NCBI GenBank assembly: GCA_002687815.1 | Contig: NZBH01000051.1 | Coordinates: 1 to 33,289 of the forward strand | Direction of reading: 5' to 3' | Source of the DNA: an archaeon | GTDB taxonomy: Archaea; Nanobdellota; Nanobdellia; SCGC-AAA011-G17; GCA-2687815 | DNA: 33,289 nucleotides | Shown here: positions 18,011 to 27,617 of the stretch, piece by piece | Layout: each line of letters opens with the position of its first letter | Position numbering within the stretch: the stretch's first letter is position 1 | Program-made: the position numbers and the translations under genes | The notes under the pieces: generated by a model | Told to the model about the DNA's origin: nothing | Databases searched by the model: none | What the model saw: the letters and a program-made list of their open reading frames with translations, nothing else

Positions 18011-18484
18011 CTATTTTTTCTTAGTTTCTTTCTTTTTGGTTTCTTTTTTAGGCTTTTCTGGTTTTGGTTTTGTTTCTTTAGTTTTCTCTTCCTTTTTTGG
18101 TTCTTCTTTCTTAGTTTCTTTTTTCTCTTCTACTTCTGCTGGTTTTTCAATCGCTTTACCAAGACCAACTTTTTCTTTAAGTTTATCAGCTACACCTTTT
18201 TTCTCTTCTTGTTTTTTAGCTTCTTTGTAAGGAACACCAACTAAATTAACTTTAGCAACATTTTCATCTTTAACAGCTGTTACTTGAACTTTTCCTGGTG
18301 GAGTTCTAAAACCTCTTGAGAATATTAATTCATTAAGTTCTTTACCAATTTTAACATCATTGGTTTTCATATGTTTAATTATAAATTTTCTTAGAGCGTT
18401 TAATGCTCTTTTACTCCTTTTATATACAGGAGCTTTTCTCCAATGTTTCCTTAATGGGATAACAAATGTTTTTTCTTGTGCCAT
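18011..18484 (-). CDS. rpl31e: 50S ribosomal protein eL31 with long K/E-rich C-terminal tail
   Basis: FVIPLR, KRSKRA..LRKFI.KHMK, ELNELIFSRG..PP. Last ~70 aa are low complexity. Confidence 0.95.
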   Translation of the reverse strand: MAQEKTFVIPLRKHWRKAPVYKRSKRALNALRKFIIKHMKTNDVKIGKELNELIFSRGFRTPPGKVQVTAVKDENVAKVNLVGVPYKEAKKQEEKKGVADKLKEKVGLGKAIEKPAEVEEKKETKKEEPKKEEKTKETKPKPEKPKKETKKKETKKK

Positions 18485-18485
18485 T

Positions 18486-18659
18486 TTATGCTTTAGTTTT
18501 TGTTCTTCTCCAACTTCTTTTTATAATTGTGTGTCTTCCAGGGTGGACTTTTCTTCCTTTTCCATATATTTTTGGAACTGTCCAAAATGGAGCCCATCTA
18601 GTTTGTTTTCTTTTTTTTGCTAATCTGCCTTTTTTAGCAGGATGAATATTTCTTGTCAT
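18486..18659 (-). CDS. rpl39e: 50S ribosomal protein eL39 (57 aa, absent from the ORF track)
   Basis: Hand translation: MTRNIHPAKKGRLAKKRKQTRWAPFWTVPKIYGKGRKVHPGRHTIIKRSWRRTKTKA*. Canonical position between the PDCD5-like gene and rpl31e. Confidence 0.93.
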   Translation of the reverse strand: MTRNIHPAKKGRLAKKRKQTRWAPFWTVPKIYGKGRKVHPGRHTIIKRSWRRTKTKA

Positions 18660-18988
18660 TTTCTTTTGATTTTAAACTCTTTCTTTGGTTCTTGAATTTG
18701 TTGTAAAATTGCTTTAAATTTTTCATCACTTAATTTTTCATTTAATTGTCCTGCTTGGACTAATTGTGCTACCATGACAATAATTTTAATTGCCATTTCT
18801 GGATGTGCACTTTTTATATTATAATATCTTTCAATAGCTTCTCTTGTTAAATATTGTTTTAAATTTTCTTCTAAAGCTTGAATTTGTTGCTGTAATTGCA
18901 ATTGTTCATTGAGTGATTCTTGTTGCTGTTCATTCATATTTCCTTGAAATTCTTCTAATTTCTTTTTTCTTATTTCTTCTATGTTCAT
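18656..18988 (-). CDS. PDCD5/TFAR19-family dsDNA-binding protein
   Basis: IEEIRKKKLEE, LTREAIERY.NIK..HPE, LSDEKFKAIL, KEFKIKRK. Follows rps19e. Confidence 0.92.
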   Translation of the reverse strand: MNIEEIRKKKLEEFQGNMNEQQQESLNEQLQLQQQIQALEENLKQYLTREAIERYYNIKSAHPEMAIKIIVMVAQLVQAGQLNEKLSDEKFKAILQQIQEPKKEFKIKRK

Positions 18989-19398
18989 TTTGCTAGTTTA
19001 TCTAAGAAAGCTTTACCTTTTTTTGTAATAACTCTTCCTTTGTGAACTCCTTTTGCCTCTTTCTTAACAAATTCTGCTTGTTCTAGTTGTTGTAATATAA
19101 CTCTTATGATTTTTCCAGATCCTTTATAAAATTTTCCTGGTTTGTGACCTCTATTTTTTTTACCACCATATGTGCTTCTTAATTTAGAAACACCGATTGG
19201 ACCTTTTATATAAATTTTTCTTAATACAGCTGCAGCTCTTTTATACCACCAGCCCTTATCTGTTGGAGGTCTTTCTTTATGAGCTCCTGTTTTTACAAAA
19301 TTAGACCAATCTGGAGCTTTCACTATGTTGCTTTTTTTAATCTCTTCTGCAGATTTTTCTATTAATTTATTTGTATTTGTATCGTGTATTGTTACCAT
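18985..19398 (-). CDS. rps19e: 30S ribosomal protein eS19
   Basis: PDWSNFVKTG.HKERPP, WWYKRAAAVLRK, YGGKKNRG, GSGKIIR. Confidence 0.97.
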   Translation of the reverse strand: MVTIHDTNTNKLIEKSAEEIKKSNIVKAPDWSNFVKTGAHKERPPTDKGWWYKRAAAVLRKIYIKGPIGVSKLRSTYGGKKNRGHKPGKFYKGSGKIIRVILQQLEQAEFVKKEAKGVHKGRVITKKGKAFLDKLAK

Positions 19399-19452
19399 TT
19401 TAATTTTTTAACTAAAACTCAATTTTGATTAGAATTAAACTATTTAAAAAGC

Positions 19453-20823
19453 TTACTGTTTGCTAAGTTTCCACTTAACTCCTTCTTTAGTGTCTTCTAA
19501 TATAATGCCTTGTTCCCTTAATTTATCTCTTATTTTATCTGCTTTTTTGAAATCTTTTACTTTTCTTGCATCTTCTCTTTCTTTTATTAAGTTTTTAATA
19601 TTATCAGATATTTTGGATCTTTCTTTTTTTAATAAATCTAAACCAAAAACTTTATCCATTTCTTTAATTGTTTTTACTTTACCTTGAGCTTTTTTGTCTC
19701 TAACTAATTGCCATAAAATTGAGATAGCAGAAGGCATATCTAAATCATTGTTAATTGCATTCTCGAATTTTTTAAGATATGTTTTGTTTAATTTATTATC
19801 ATCTTTTATTTCAGAGATAATATTTTTTAATCTTTTATGTGAATTTTGAGCTGATTCTAAAGCTTTTAAATCAAAATTTAATGGGCTTCTATAATGTGCT
19901 GTAAATGTGAAGTATTTATAAGATAAAGGTCTGAATTCTTTTTCTTCTAGTTCAGATATTGTGTATAAGCCCCCTTTGCTTTTACTTATTTTTTTACCTT
20001 TTGAAGTTAGAAAAGCTCCATGGAGCCAATAATTTACAAATTTTTTTCCTGTGGCTGCTTCACTTTGTGCTATTTCATTTGTATGGTGTACTGGAATATG
20101 ATCTATTCCGCCGGTGTGGATATCAAAATTATCTCCCAAGTATTTCATACACATAGCAGAACATTCTATATGCCAACCCGGGAAACCTAAGCCAAAAGGA
20201 GATTTCCATTCTTGTTGTCTTACTCCTGATTTTTCAGAAAACTTCCAAAGAACAAAATCTGTTTTATTTTTCTTTTCTCCTAATTTAATTCTTGCACCCG
20301 CTTTTAACCCTTCTTTTTTTAGTTTTGCTAATTTACTATAGTTTTTGAATTTTGCAGTGTTAAAATAAATACCATCAGAAGTTTTGTAAGTGTAACCCTT
20401 TTTTTCTAATTTTTTTATTAATGCTATTTGTTCTTTGATATGATCAATTGCTTTTGACCAAATGTCTGGTTCTATTATGTTTAATTTTTTAAAATCGTTT
20501 CTGAAAACTTTCCAATAAAAATTTGCAATATCTTCTGCTCTTTTGCCTTCTTTTTTTGCAGCTTTTTCAATTTTGTCTTCGCCAGTATTTGCATCACTTG
20601 TTAAATGACCAACATCGGTAACGTTCATTACATGTTTAACTTTATATTTATTGTATTCTAAAACTCTTTTTAAAATATCAGAGAAAATATAACTTCTTAA
20701 ATTACCAATATGTTGATACCAATAAACAGTTGGGCCACAAGAATATAAGCCAACATGGTTTTTTTTAATTGGTTTAAATATCTCTTTCTTTCTTGTTAGT
20801 GTATTGTATAATTTTACTGCCAT
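19453..20823 (-). CDS. cysS: Cysteine--tRNA ligase
   Basis: [40 protein letters not shown]. Confidence 0.97.
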   Translation of the reverse strand: MAVKLYNTLTRKKEIFKPIKKNHVGLYSCGPTVYWYQHIGNLRSYIFSDILKRVLEYNKYKVKHVMNVTDVGHLTSDANTGEDKIEKAAKKEGKRAEDIANFYWKVFRNDFKKLNIIEPDIWSKAIDHIKEQIALIKKLEKKGYTYKTSDGIYFNTAKFKNYSKLAKLKKEGLKAGARIKLGEKKNKTDFVLWKFSEKSGVRQQEWKSPFGLGFPGWHIECSAMCMKYLGDNFDIHTGGIDHIPVHHTNEIAQSEAATGKKFVNYWLHGAFLTSKGKKISKSKGGLYTISELEEKEFRPLSYKYFTFTAHYRSPLNFDLKALESAQNSHKRLKNIISEIKDDNKLNKTYLKKFENAINNDLDMPSAISILWQLVRDKKAQGKVKTIKEMDKVFGLDLLKKERSKISDNIKNLIKEREDARKVKDFKKADKIRDKLREQGIILEDTKEGVKWKLSKQ

Positions 20824-20847
20824 TTTAATAATAAGAAGAACTACTTA

Positions 20848-20862
20848 TTTATAAAATTTCTT
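20848..20862 (-). promoter_or_regulatory. Putative BRE/TATA promoter of cysS (leaderless)
   Basis: Minus strand AAGAAATTTTATAAA; TATA ends 24 nt before ATG 20823. Confidence 0.55.
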
Positions 20863-20872
20863 TATTAAAGAA

Positions 20873-21400
20873 TTATCCAAATAAACCCTTCTTTTCAACT
20901 ACTGTTACTATTAAAGAATCTTTATTTTGTACACCTGAAGCACCGCCCATGACTTCAACATTACATGATTTAACACCTAAAGCTCCACCTTTTTCGTCTA
21001 TAATTAACTTTAATATTGCTTGTTCTCCTGATGCAATTGTATATTCTTTTGATGAACCTCCCATTGTATCTGCAAATGCGCAACTTACTTTTGGATCTGT
21101 ACTCATAACCTTTGCTTTTGCAGTTAAAGGAACTGGTTCGAAATTGGCTATTACTACTTTAATATCCCTAGCACTTCCTTTTTCTACTTCTATGCTACCT
21201 GGAGAAATTGTTAAAAAACTGTCAATTTCAGATAATCTTCCAATTTCTGCATCAGCTTGTTCAAATGCTTCTTTTGATAAGCCCCTTATATTTGTGAAAA
21301 TACTTCTAACGAATATTAAACCAAGACTTAAAAGAGTTATACCAATAACAATAACAATAATTGTAGTTATAGAAAGTTCTAGAGCACCCTTTTTTTTCAT
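20873..21400 (-). CDS. Type IV pilin-like protein (class III signal peptide)
   Basis: MKKKG|ALELS followed by a hydrophobic helix (ITTIIVIVIGITLLSLGLIFV), then an Ig-like beta domain with two Cys. Confidence 0.8.
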   Translation of the reverse strand: MKKKGALELSITTIIVIVIGITLLSLGLIFVRSIFTNIRGLSKEAFEQADAEIGRLSEIDSFLTISPGSIEVEKGSARDIKVVIANFEPVPLTAKAKVMSTDPKVSCAFADTMGGSSKEYTIASGEQAILKLIIDEKGGALGVKSCNVEVMGGASGVQNKDSLIVTVVEKKGLFG

Positions 21401-21449
21401 ACTTTTAATTTAATAAAGCTAATTAATAAAGTTTTTGGTGGTTTATTTA

Positions 21450-21497
21450 GAAAATCTTATAAATATTGTAAATACTTTATTCTTAAAAAGAGGTAAA
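21450..21497 (+). promoter_or_regulatory. Putative promoter and SD of the pfkB-fba-ldh-tpi operon
   Basis: GAAAATCTTATAAAT at 21450-21464, and GAGGT just before ATG 21498. Confidence 0.55.
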
Positions 21498-22463
21498 ATG
21501 TTTGATATTGTTACGGTTGGAAGTGCATTAGTAGATGTTTTTGTAAACACAGAACTTGGAGAAATAAAAAAAGATGGGAAAAAATTAATTGCTTATCCTG
21601 TTGGTTCTAAGATTTCAGTTAAAAGTATAAAATTTTTAATTGGTGGTGGTGGGACTAATACTGCTGTTTCTTTTTCTAGACTTGGATTTAATACTGGTTA
21701 CTTAGGAAAAATTGGTAATGATAAAAATGGAGAAGAGATTTTAGATTTATTAAAAAAAGAAGGAATAAATTTTGTTGGTGTTAGAGGAGGAACTACTGGT
21801 TATTCAGTAATTTTAGATAGTAAGGAGCATAATAGAACAGTTTTAACACATAAGGGGGCTAGTGATGAATTAAAATATGGAGAATTATCTTTAAAAAAAT
21901 TAAAAACAAAATGGTTTTATTTTTCTTCTATGTTGAATGATTCTTTAATAACCCAAAAAAATTTAATTAAACTTGCGGCTTGGTCAGACGTAAAAATTGC
22001 TTTTAATCCTAGTATGTACCAAATAAAAAAAGATATAACATCTGTTAAAAATATTTTGAAGAAAACAGATATTCTGATTTTAAATAAAGAAGAAGCTACT
22101 TTATTGGTTAAGAAAAGACATATAGAAGATTTGTTAGAATGTGCCCGTCTTCTTGGTCCAAAAATTGTTTGTATTACTGATGGTAGAAGGAATACTTATG
22201 CTTATAATGGTTTTTTGATGTATACACTAAAGCCTCATGATATTAAAATAAAAGAAAGAACTGGAGCAGGAGATGCTTTTGCTTCTGGTTTTGTAGCTGG
22301 TTTTATTAAAAAAGATAATTTGGAATTTGCTTTACAAATGGGGTTGGCTAATGCAGAGAGTGTGGTAAAATATTTTGGTTCTAAAAATAAATTGTTGAAG
22401 TGGAAAGAAGCTCTTAAGAAAATAGAAAAAAATCCTGGAAAAATTACAAAAAAAGAATTATGA
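21498..22463 (+). CDS. PfkB/ribokinase family carbohydrate kinase (candidate ATP-dependent phosphofructokinase)
   Basis: GGGGTNTAVSFSRLG, LNKEEA, ERTGAGDAFASG. Start re-assigned to ATG 21498 (SD present). Confidence 0.9.
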   Translation: MFDIVTVGSALVDVFVNTELGEIKKDGKKLIAYPVGSKISVKSIKFLIGGGGTNTAVSFSRLGFNTGYLGKIGNDKNGEEILDLLKKEGINFVGVRGGTTGYSVILDSKEHNRTVLTHKGASDELKYGELSLKKLKTKWFYFSSMLNDSLITQKNLIKLAAWSDVKIAFNPSMYQIKKDITSVKNILKKTDILILNKEEATLLVKKRHIEDLLECARLLGPKIVCITDGRRNTYAYNGFLMYTLKPHDIKIKERTGAGDAFASGFVAGFIKKDNLEFALQMGLANAESVVKYFGSKNKLLKWKEALKKIEKNPGKITKKEL

Positions 22464-23236
22464 AAATAAAATTTGGTAGGATAATAAAAAAGGGAAAAAG
22501 TTTGTTGTTAGCTTATGATCAAGGATTGGAGCATGGTCCGGCTGATTTTAATGATAAAAATATTGATCCTGCATATATTTTAGAAATTGCTAAGAAAGGA
22601 AAATATAATGGAGTTATATTGCAAAAAGGTGTTGCTGAGAAATATTATAATAATGAAGCCCCTTTAATATTGAAATTAAATGGTAAAACGAATTTGATTA
22701 AAGGAGATCCTGTTTCTACTCAATTGTGTTCTGTTAAAGAAGCAATTAAACTTGGTGCAAAAGCTGTTGGTTATACTATTTATGTTGGTAGTAAACATGA
22801 AGCTAAAATGTTTAGGGATTTTAGTAAAATTCAGAAAGAAGCTCATAATCATAAGATGCCTGTGATTGCTTGGATGTATCCAAGAGGAAAAGCAATTAAA
22901 AATGAAAAATCTAAAAGAGTGTTAGCCTATACTGCAAGAATTGGACTTGAGATTGGAGCAGATATTATAAAAATAAAGTATTCTGGAAATGTTGAATCAT
23001 TTAAGTGGATTGTAAAATCTGCTGGAAAAACTAAAGTTTTAGTTGCCGGTGGTCCTAAATTATCTAAAAGAGGAATTTTAAAAGAAGCATACGATGCTAT
23101 GAAATCTGGAGCTAGTGGTATGGCTATTGGTAGAAATGTTTGGCAATATAAAGAGCCATTAAAAATGACTAAAGCCTTGAAAGAAATTATTTTTAATAAT
23201 AAGAAAGTTGAGGCTGCTTTAAAAATTTTAAAATGA
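22460..23236 (+). CDS. fba: Fructose-bisphosphate aldolase class I, archaeal/DhnA type
   Basis: LAYDQGLEHGP, WMYPRG, GADIIKIKY (Schiff-base Lys), AGG, AIGRNVWQ. Confidence 0.93.
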   Translation: MKIKFGRIIKKGKSLLLAYDQGLEHGPADFNDKNIDPAYILEIAKKGKYNGVILQKGVAEKYYNNEAPLILKLNGKTNLIKGDPVSTQLCSVKEAIKLGAKAVGYTIYVGSKHEAKMFRDFSKIQKEAHNHKMPVIAWMYPRGKAIKNEKSKRVLAYTARIGLEIGADIIKIKYSGNVESFKWIVKSAGKTKVLVAGGPKLSKRGILKEAYDAMKSGASGMAIGRNVWQYKEPLKMTKALKEIIFNNKKVEAALKILK

Positions 23237-24237
23237 AAAAAATAGCTTTTTTTGAAATTAAAAAATGGGAAGAACAGTATCTTAAAGAAAGATTAAAGAA
23301 TTTTGAACTTAAATTTTTTGAAGATGGGCTAACTAAAAAAAATATTGATAAAGTTAAAGATTTCGATGCAGTTTCTGTCTTTATTTATTCTAAGATTGAT
23401 AAGGAATTGTTAGAAAGATTTTCAAATTTGAAATTGATTGTTACTAGATCTACTGGTTTTGATCATATTGAGTTAGAAGGATGTAAAAAAGGAAAAATAA
23501 CTATTTGTAATGTTCCTCATTATGGAGAAAATACTGTAGCAGAACATACTTTTGCTTTAATTTTAGCTTTATCCAGAAAAATATACGAATCTTATGAAAA
23601 AGTAAAGAAAGGAAATTTTTCCTTAGAGGGATTAACAGGATTTGACTTAAAAGATAAAACTATTGGGATAGTTGGAATGGGGAGTATTGGTAGATATGTT
23701 GCTAGAATTGCTAAAGGTTTTGAAATGAATATTTTAGCTTATGATGTTACTAAAGATTTAAAATTTGCAAAACGTTTTGGGCTTAAATATGTTGGTTTGA
23801 ATGACTTATTAAAGAATTCTGATATTATAAGTTTGCATGTTCCATATAATAAAAAAACTCATCATTTAATAAATAAAAATAATTTGAAGTTAATTAAAAA
23901 AGGTTCTATTTTAATTAATACTGCTCGTGGTGGTATTGTTGAGACAGATACTTTGTTAAGAGGTTTAAGCAAAAGGATTTTTAGTGGTGTAGGTTTAGAT
24001 GTTCTAGAAGAAGAGTGTTTTATCAAAGAAGAGAAACAATTATTGGCAAAACAATTTCCTAAGAAATACGATTTAGCTGTTGTTTTAAAGAATCATATTT
24101 TATTGACACATGAAAACTGTATTATAACACCACATAATGCTTTTAATAGTAAGGAAGCTCTAATAAGAATTTTAGATACTACTATTTTGAATATTAAATT
24201 TTTCTTTAAAGGAAAAAAGGAGAATATTGTTAAATGA
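23233..24237 (+). CDS. D-isomer specific 2-hydroxyacid dehydrogenase, D-lactate dehydrogenase-like
   Basis: TRSTGFDHI, NVPHYGENTVAEH, GMGSIG, NTARG, LDVLEEE, TPHNAF. Confidence 0.9.
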   Translation: MKKIAFFEIKKWEEQYLKERLKNFELKFFEDGLTKKNIDKVKDFDAVSVFIYSKIDKELLERFSNLKLIVTRSTGFDHIELEGCKKGKITICNVPHYGENTVAEHTFALILALSRKIYESYEKVKKGNFSLEGLTGFDLKDKTIGIVGMGSIGRYVARIAKGFEMNILAYDVTKDLKFAKRFGLKYVGLNDLLKNSDIISLHVPYNKKTHHLINKNNLKLIKKGSILINTARGGIVETDTLLRGLSKRIFSGVGLDVLEEECFIKEEKQLLAKQFPKKYDLAVVLKNHILLTHENCIITPHNAFNSKEALIRILDTTILNIKFFFKGKKENIVK

Positions 24238-24866
24238 TAATTATTAACTTTAAAAATTATAAAACCGGGAAAGATATTTTAAGATTAGCAAAAATATGTA
24301 AAGTTGTTTCTAAAAAAAATAAAATGATGATTGCCTTGTCTGCTGTAGATATTTATCCTGTTTCTAGATTTTATAAACAAGTTTTAGCACAACATGTTGA
24401 TTTTGAGGAAAAAGGAGCGTTTACTGGGACAGTATTACCAGAAGCTGTTAAAGAAAATGGAGCTATTGGGACCTTATTGAATCATGCTGAAAAAAAATTG
24501 AGTTTTAATGTTCTTAAAAAGACAATTTTGAGATGTAAAGAGGTAAAACTTAAGACAATTGTTTGTGCTGCTTCTATTAAACAAGCTAAAAAGATTTCAA
24601 AATTAAAACCAGACTATATTGCATTTGAAGATCCTAAATTAATTGGAACTGGTAAGTCAATATCTAAGGTAAAAGCGAATAAAGTCAAAAGATTTGCTAA
24701 AATTATTAATAAAACTGGAGTTATACCTTTATGTGGTGCTGGCGTTTCTACTAGGGCAGATATGAAGGCTGCGTTAGAATTAGGAACAAAAGGTATTTTG
24801 ATATCTTCTGCTATTGTAAAGTCTAAAAATCCTAGAAGAAGTTTATTAAATCTAACTAAAAGTTAA
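24234..24866 (+). CDS. tpiA: Triosephosphate isomerase, archaeal type
   Basis: INFKNY, AQHVD, GAFTG, LLNHAE, AFEDPKLIGTG, LCGAG. Confidence 0.93.
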   Translation: MIIINFKNYKTGKDILRLAKICKVVSKKNKMMIALSAVDIYPVSRFYKQVLAQHVDFEEKGAFTGTVLPEAVKENGAIGTLLNHAEKKLSFNVLKKTILRCKEVKLKTIVCAASIKQAKKISKLKPDYIAFEDPKLIGTGKSISKVKANKVKRFAKIINKTGVIPLCGAGVSTRADMKAALELGTKGILISSAIVKSKNPRRSLLNLTKS

Positions 24867-24881
24867 TAAAATCTAATAAGA

Positions 24882-25817
24882 TTACCACCCTTCTTGTTGT
24901 TTTCCCAAGTAATCAAAGCATGCTAAAGCTGCTTTTGAGCCCTCTCCTGCTGCAACTATTATCTGTTTTGCTGGTATATCTGTAACATCACCAGCTGCGA
25001 ATATTCCTGAAATGTTTGTTAAGTTCTCTGCCATTGTTTTTGTGCTTCTTTTAATCATAATTTCTCCCCATTTATTCTTTCTTATAATTTCTGCGAAATT
25101 ACACCCTGGAATTAAACCAATTTCTACGAAAATACCCTCAACATTTAGTGTTCTTTCTTTCTTATTTTGCTCTAATTTTAAACCTGTAACAAATTTTTTC
25201 CCAAGTACCTCTGTTGTCTTTGCTTTGTATAATACTTCAACTTTTTTATTTTTTAATATCTTATCTTGTAAGACCTTATCACCATATAGCTTTGAGTTTA
25301 TTGTAATAATATAGATTTTTTTAGCATAAGGTATTGATGCTAAGGTAGATTCTAAAGCAGAATTTGCACCCCCTATTACGGCTACTATTTTTTGGTCGAA
25401 TAAAGGAGCATCACATGTTGCACAATATGTTAATCCTTTATTATGGAATTCATCTTCTCCTGGAACTTTTAATTTTCTTGGTTTTTTCCCTGAAGCAACA
25501 ATTACGGCTCTTGTTTGGTATTTTGATTTACTTGTAATAATCTCAAAATTTTTACCAATTTTTCTAATATTTTTTACCCTTTCTTTTATTTTTACTTTTA
25601 TTTTGTAATCTCTTAGATGTTCTTCAAATTTTTTAACTAAATCTGTACCCTTTATGAAATGATAACCGGTATAATTTTTTACTTCTGCACTTAGAAGAGT
25701 TTGACCACCTATATCCTTTGAAATTAATAGAAAATTAAGTTTTCTTCTTGCTGCATATATTGCTGCAGTTATTCCTGCAGGCCCTGCTCCGATAATAATT
25801 AGTTCATATGCTTTCAT
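24882..25817 (-). CDS. trxB: Thioredoxin reductase-like FAD/NAD(P)H disulfide oxidoreductase
   Basis: IIGAGPAG, YCATCD, GGANSA, FAAGD, KQIIVAAGEG. Confidence 0.92.
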   Translation of the reverse strand: MKAYELIIIGAGPAGITAAIYAARRKLNFLLISKDIGGQTLLSAEVKNYTGYHFIKGTDLVKKFEEHLRDYKIKVKIKERVKNIRKIGKNFEIITSKSKYQTRAVIVASGKKPRKLKVPGEDEFHNKGLTYCATCDAPLFDQKIVAVIGGANSALESTLASIPYAKKIYIITINSKLYGDKVLQDKILKNKKVEVLYKAKTTEVLGKKFVTGLKLEQNKKERTLNVEGIFVEIGLIPGCNFAEIIRKNKWGEIMIKRSTKTMAENLTNISGIFAAGDVTDIPAKQIIVAAGEGSKAALACFDYLGKQQEGW

Positions 25818-26662
25818 CTTAAAACTTTTGGAATTGCATTAATTAAATCGCTAGCAATTAAACTTTGTTTATAATTTTTAGCTATTAAATCGCCAGCCTT
25901 TCCATTTATGTATGCTGCTGCACATGCAGATTCAAATGGTTTGTTATTTTGGGCTAAAAATGAACCACAAATTCCTGCTAATGTGTCTCCAGTACCCCCT
26001 TTAGTTAAATAAACGTTACCCGTTTTATTTATTATTGTTTGTTTACCATTTGAAATTATGTCTGGATTGCCTTTTAGTAATATTGTTGTTTTTAATTTTG
26101 ATGCAGATTCCTTTACAATTCTTATTTTTTCTTTTAATGTTTTATTAATAATTTTTATGCCTGTTAGGATATAAAATTCTTGTTGGTGTGGTGTGATAAC
26201 AAAATTTTCTTTTATAACTTTTTTATTTTTTGAAATTGCATGAATAGCATCAGCATCTATAACACACGGTAAATTAACTTTTTTTAAAAATTTATTAATT
26301 GTTGATAGTGTTTCTTTTTTTCTTTCAAGACCATTACCTATAGCAATAGCCATTTTACCTTCTGTTAATTTCAATAAAATTTTCAAATGTTTTTTATCTA
26401 AAAAATTTCCTTCTAAAGGATAGGTGATTAAATCAGGAGCAAAAGAAGCAATTATTGTGGCTGCTCTTCTTGGTGCTGCAATTGTTACTAAATCAACACC
26501 TATTCTTAATGAAGCTGATGCAGCCATTGCTACTAGGGCTGGACTTCCAGAATATAAGTCACTTCCACCGACAACTAATAGATGTCCATAATCGTATTTG
26601 TGAGCAGATTTTTTTCTTTTTGGAAATACCTTTTTTAGAACCTCTTTTTTAACTACTTCCAT
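25814..26662 (-). CDS. nnrD: ADP/ATP-dependent NAD(P)H-hydrate dehydratase (YjeF C-terminal)
   Basis: HKYDYGHLLVVGGS, IDADA, TPH..EF, LLKG, GGTGDTLAG. Start re-assigned to ATG 26662 to avoid overlap with the divergent pgi. Confidence 0.92.
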   Translation of the reverse strand: MEVVKKEVLKKVFPKRKKSAHKYDYGHLLVVGGSDLYSGSPALVAMAASASLRIGVDLVTIAAPRRAATIIASFAPDLITYPLEGNFLDKKHLKILLKLTEGKMAIAIGNGLERKKETLSTINKFLKKVNLPCVIDADAIHAISKNKKVIKENFVITPHQQEFYILTGIKIINKTLKEKIRIVKESASKLKTTILLKGNPDIISNGKQTIINKTGNVYLTKGGTGDTLAGICGSFLAQNNKPFESACAAAYINGKAGDLIAKNYKQSLIASDLINAIPKVLR

Positions 26663-26744
26663 CTTTTGTTTAATATATTTTGTTAAATATAAATTTATTG
26701 GAAAGCTTTTTATAGAAAAATAGACTTCTATTATGAAAATATAA

Positions 26745-27617
26745 ATGTTAAATCTTTTGAAAAAATTTCCTGGGCAAGTAAAAGAGGCGATAAAGTTAAC
26801 TAGGAACATAAAAGTAAATGGATTTAACAAAATTTTAATTTGTGGAATGGGTGGTTCTGGAATATCTGGTTATTTATTGAGAGATGTTGTGGAATTACCT
26901 GTTTTTATTTCCCAAAGTTATGATATCCCTAAATTTGTTGATAATAAAACATTAGTTTTTGTTATTAGTTATAGTGGGGATACTGAAGAAACAATTTCTA
27001 TGTATAAGAAAGCTGTTAAAAAAACAAAGAAAATTTTTATTATAACTTCTGGTGGAAAGTTAAGTAGAGAAAAAAATGTTATTTTAGTTCCTCCCGGGTT
27101 ATTACCAAGAATGGCTTTAGCATATTTGTTCTTCCCTATGTTAGTTATATTAAAAAGTTCTAAAGTTGTTAGATATGATTTAGATGATATCTTAACATCT
27201 TTAAAAAAAGTAAAAATAAATAAAGCAAAAAAATTAGCTAGGAAGTTGTATAAAAATGTACCTGTAATTTATGCTCCTTCTAGTTATTTTGGGTTGGTGT
27301 GGAGGTGGAAACAGAGTCTTAACGAGTATAGTAAACAATTAGCAGTGGCTAATATATATCCTGAATTTTTTCATAATGAGATTGAAGCAGATTACAATAA
27401 AGTTAAAGTTGTTTTATTTGTAGATAAAGCTGATAAGAAAATTAAAGGATTTAAAAAAATGGTTAAAGTTCATGAAGTTAAATTATATGGAAAATCATTA
27501 ATTGCTAAAATGTTTTATGGAATTTATCTTGGTGATTTTGTTTCTTATTATCTAGCTAGATTGAATAAAAAAGATCCATTGAAAGAGGAGAAAATTGATA
27601 AATTAAAATGTATATAG
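26745..27617 (+). CDS. Bifunctional phosphoglucose/phosphomannose isomerase (SIS fold)
   Basis: CGMGGSGISG, SYSGDTEET, TSGG, PRMAL, RWKQSLNE, PEFFHNEI. Confidence 0.92.
   Translation: MLNLLKKFPGQVKEAIKLTRNIKVNGFNKILICGMGGSGISGYLLRDVVELPVFISQSYDIPKFVDNKTLVFVISYSGDTEETISMYKKAVKKTKKIFIITSGGKLSREKNVILVPPGLLPRMALAYLFFPMLVILKSSKVVRYDLDDILTSLKKVKINKAKKLARKLYKNVPVIYAPSSYFGLVWRWKQSLNEYSKQLAVANIYPEFFHNEIEADYNKVKVVLFVDKADKKIKGFKKMVKVHEVKLYGKSLIAKMFYGIYLGDFVSYYLARLNKKDPLKEEKIDKLKCI

Noticed and set aside
18360-18623. Plus-strand 87-aa ORF across the eL31/PDCD5 gap
   Set aside because: The gap is occupied by rpl39e on the minus strand.
21401-21497. Thermococcales glycolytic motif (TATCAC-N5-GTGATA) or a shared operator at the two sugar operons
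   Set aside because: The motif is absent from both promoter regions, and only weak AT-only palindromes are seen here.
26733-26744. Mini uORF ATG-AAA-ATA-TAA directly before pgi
   Set aside because: Probably starts at or upstream of the TSS implied by the TATA at about 26707-26714, and is expected by chance in AT-rich DNA.
26663-26830. N-terminal extension of NnrD overlapping pgi
   Set aside because: Family similarity starts at Met 26662. The extension is the divergent promoter region plus the antisense of pgi.
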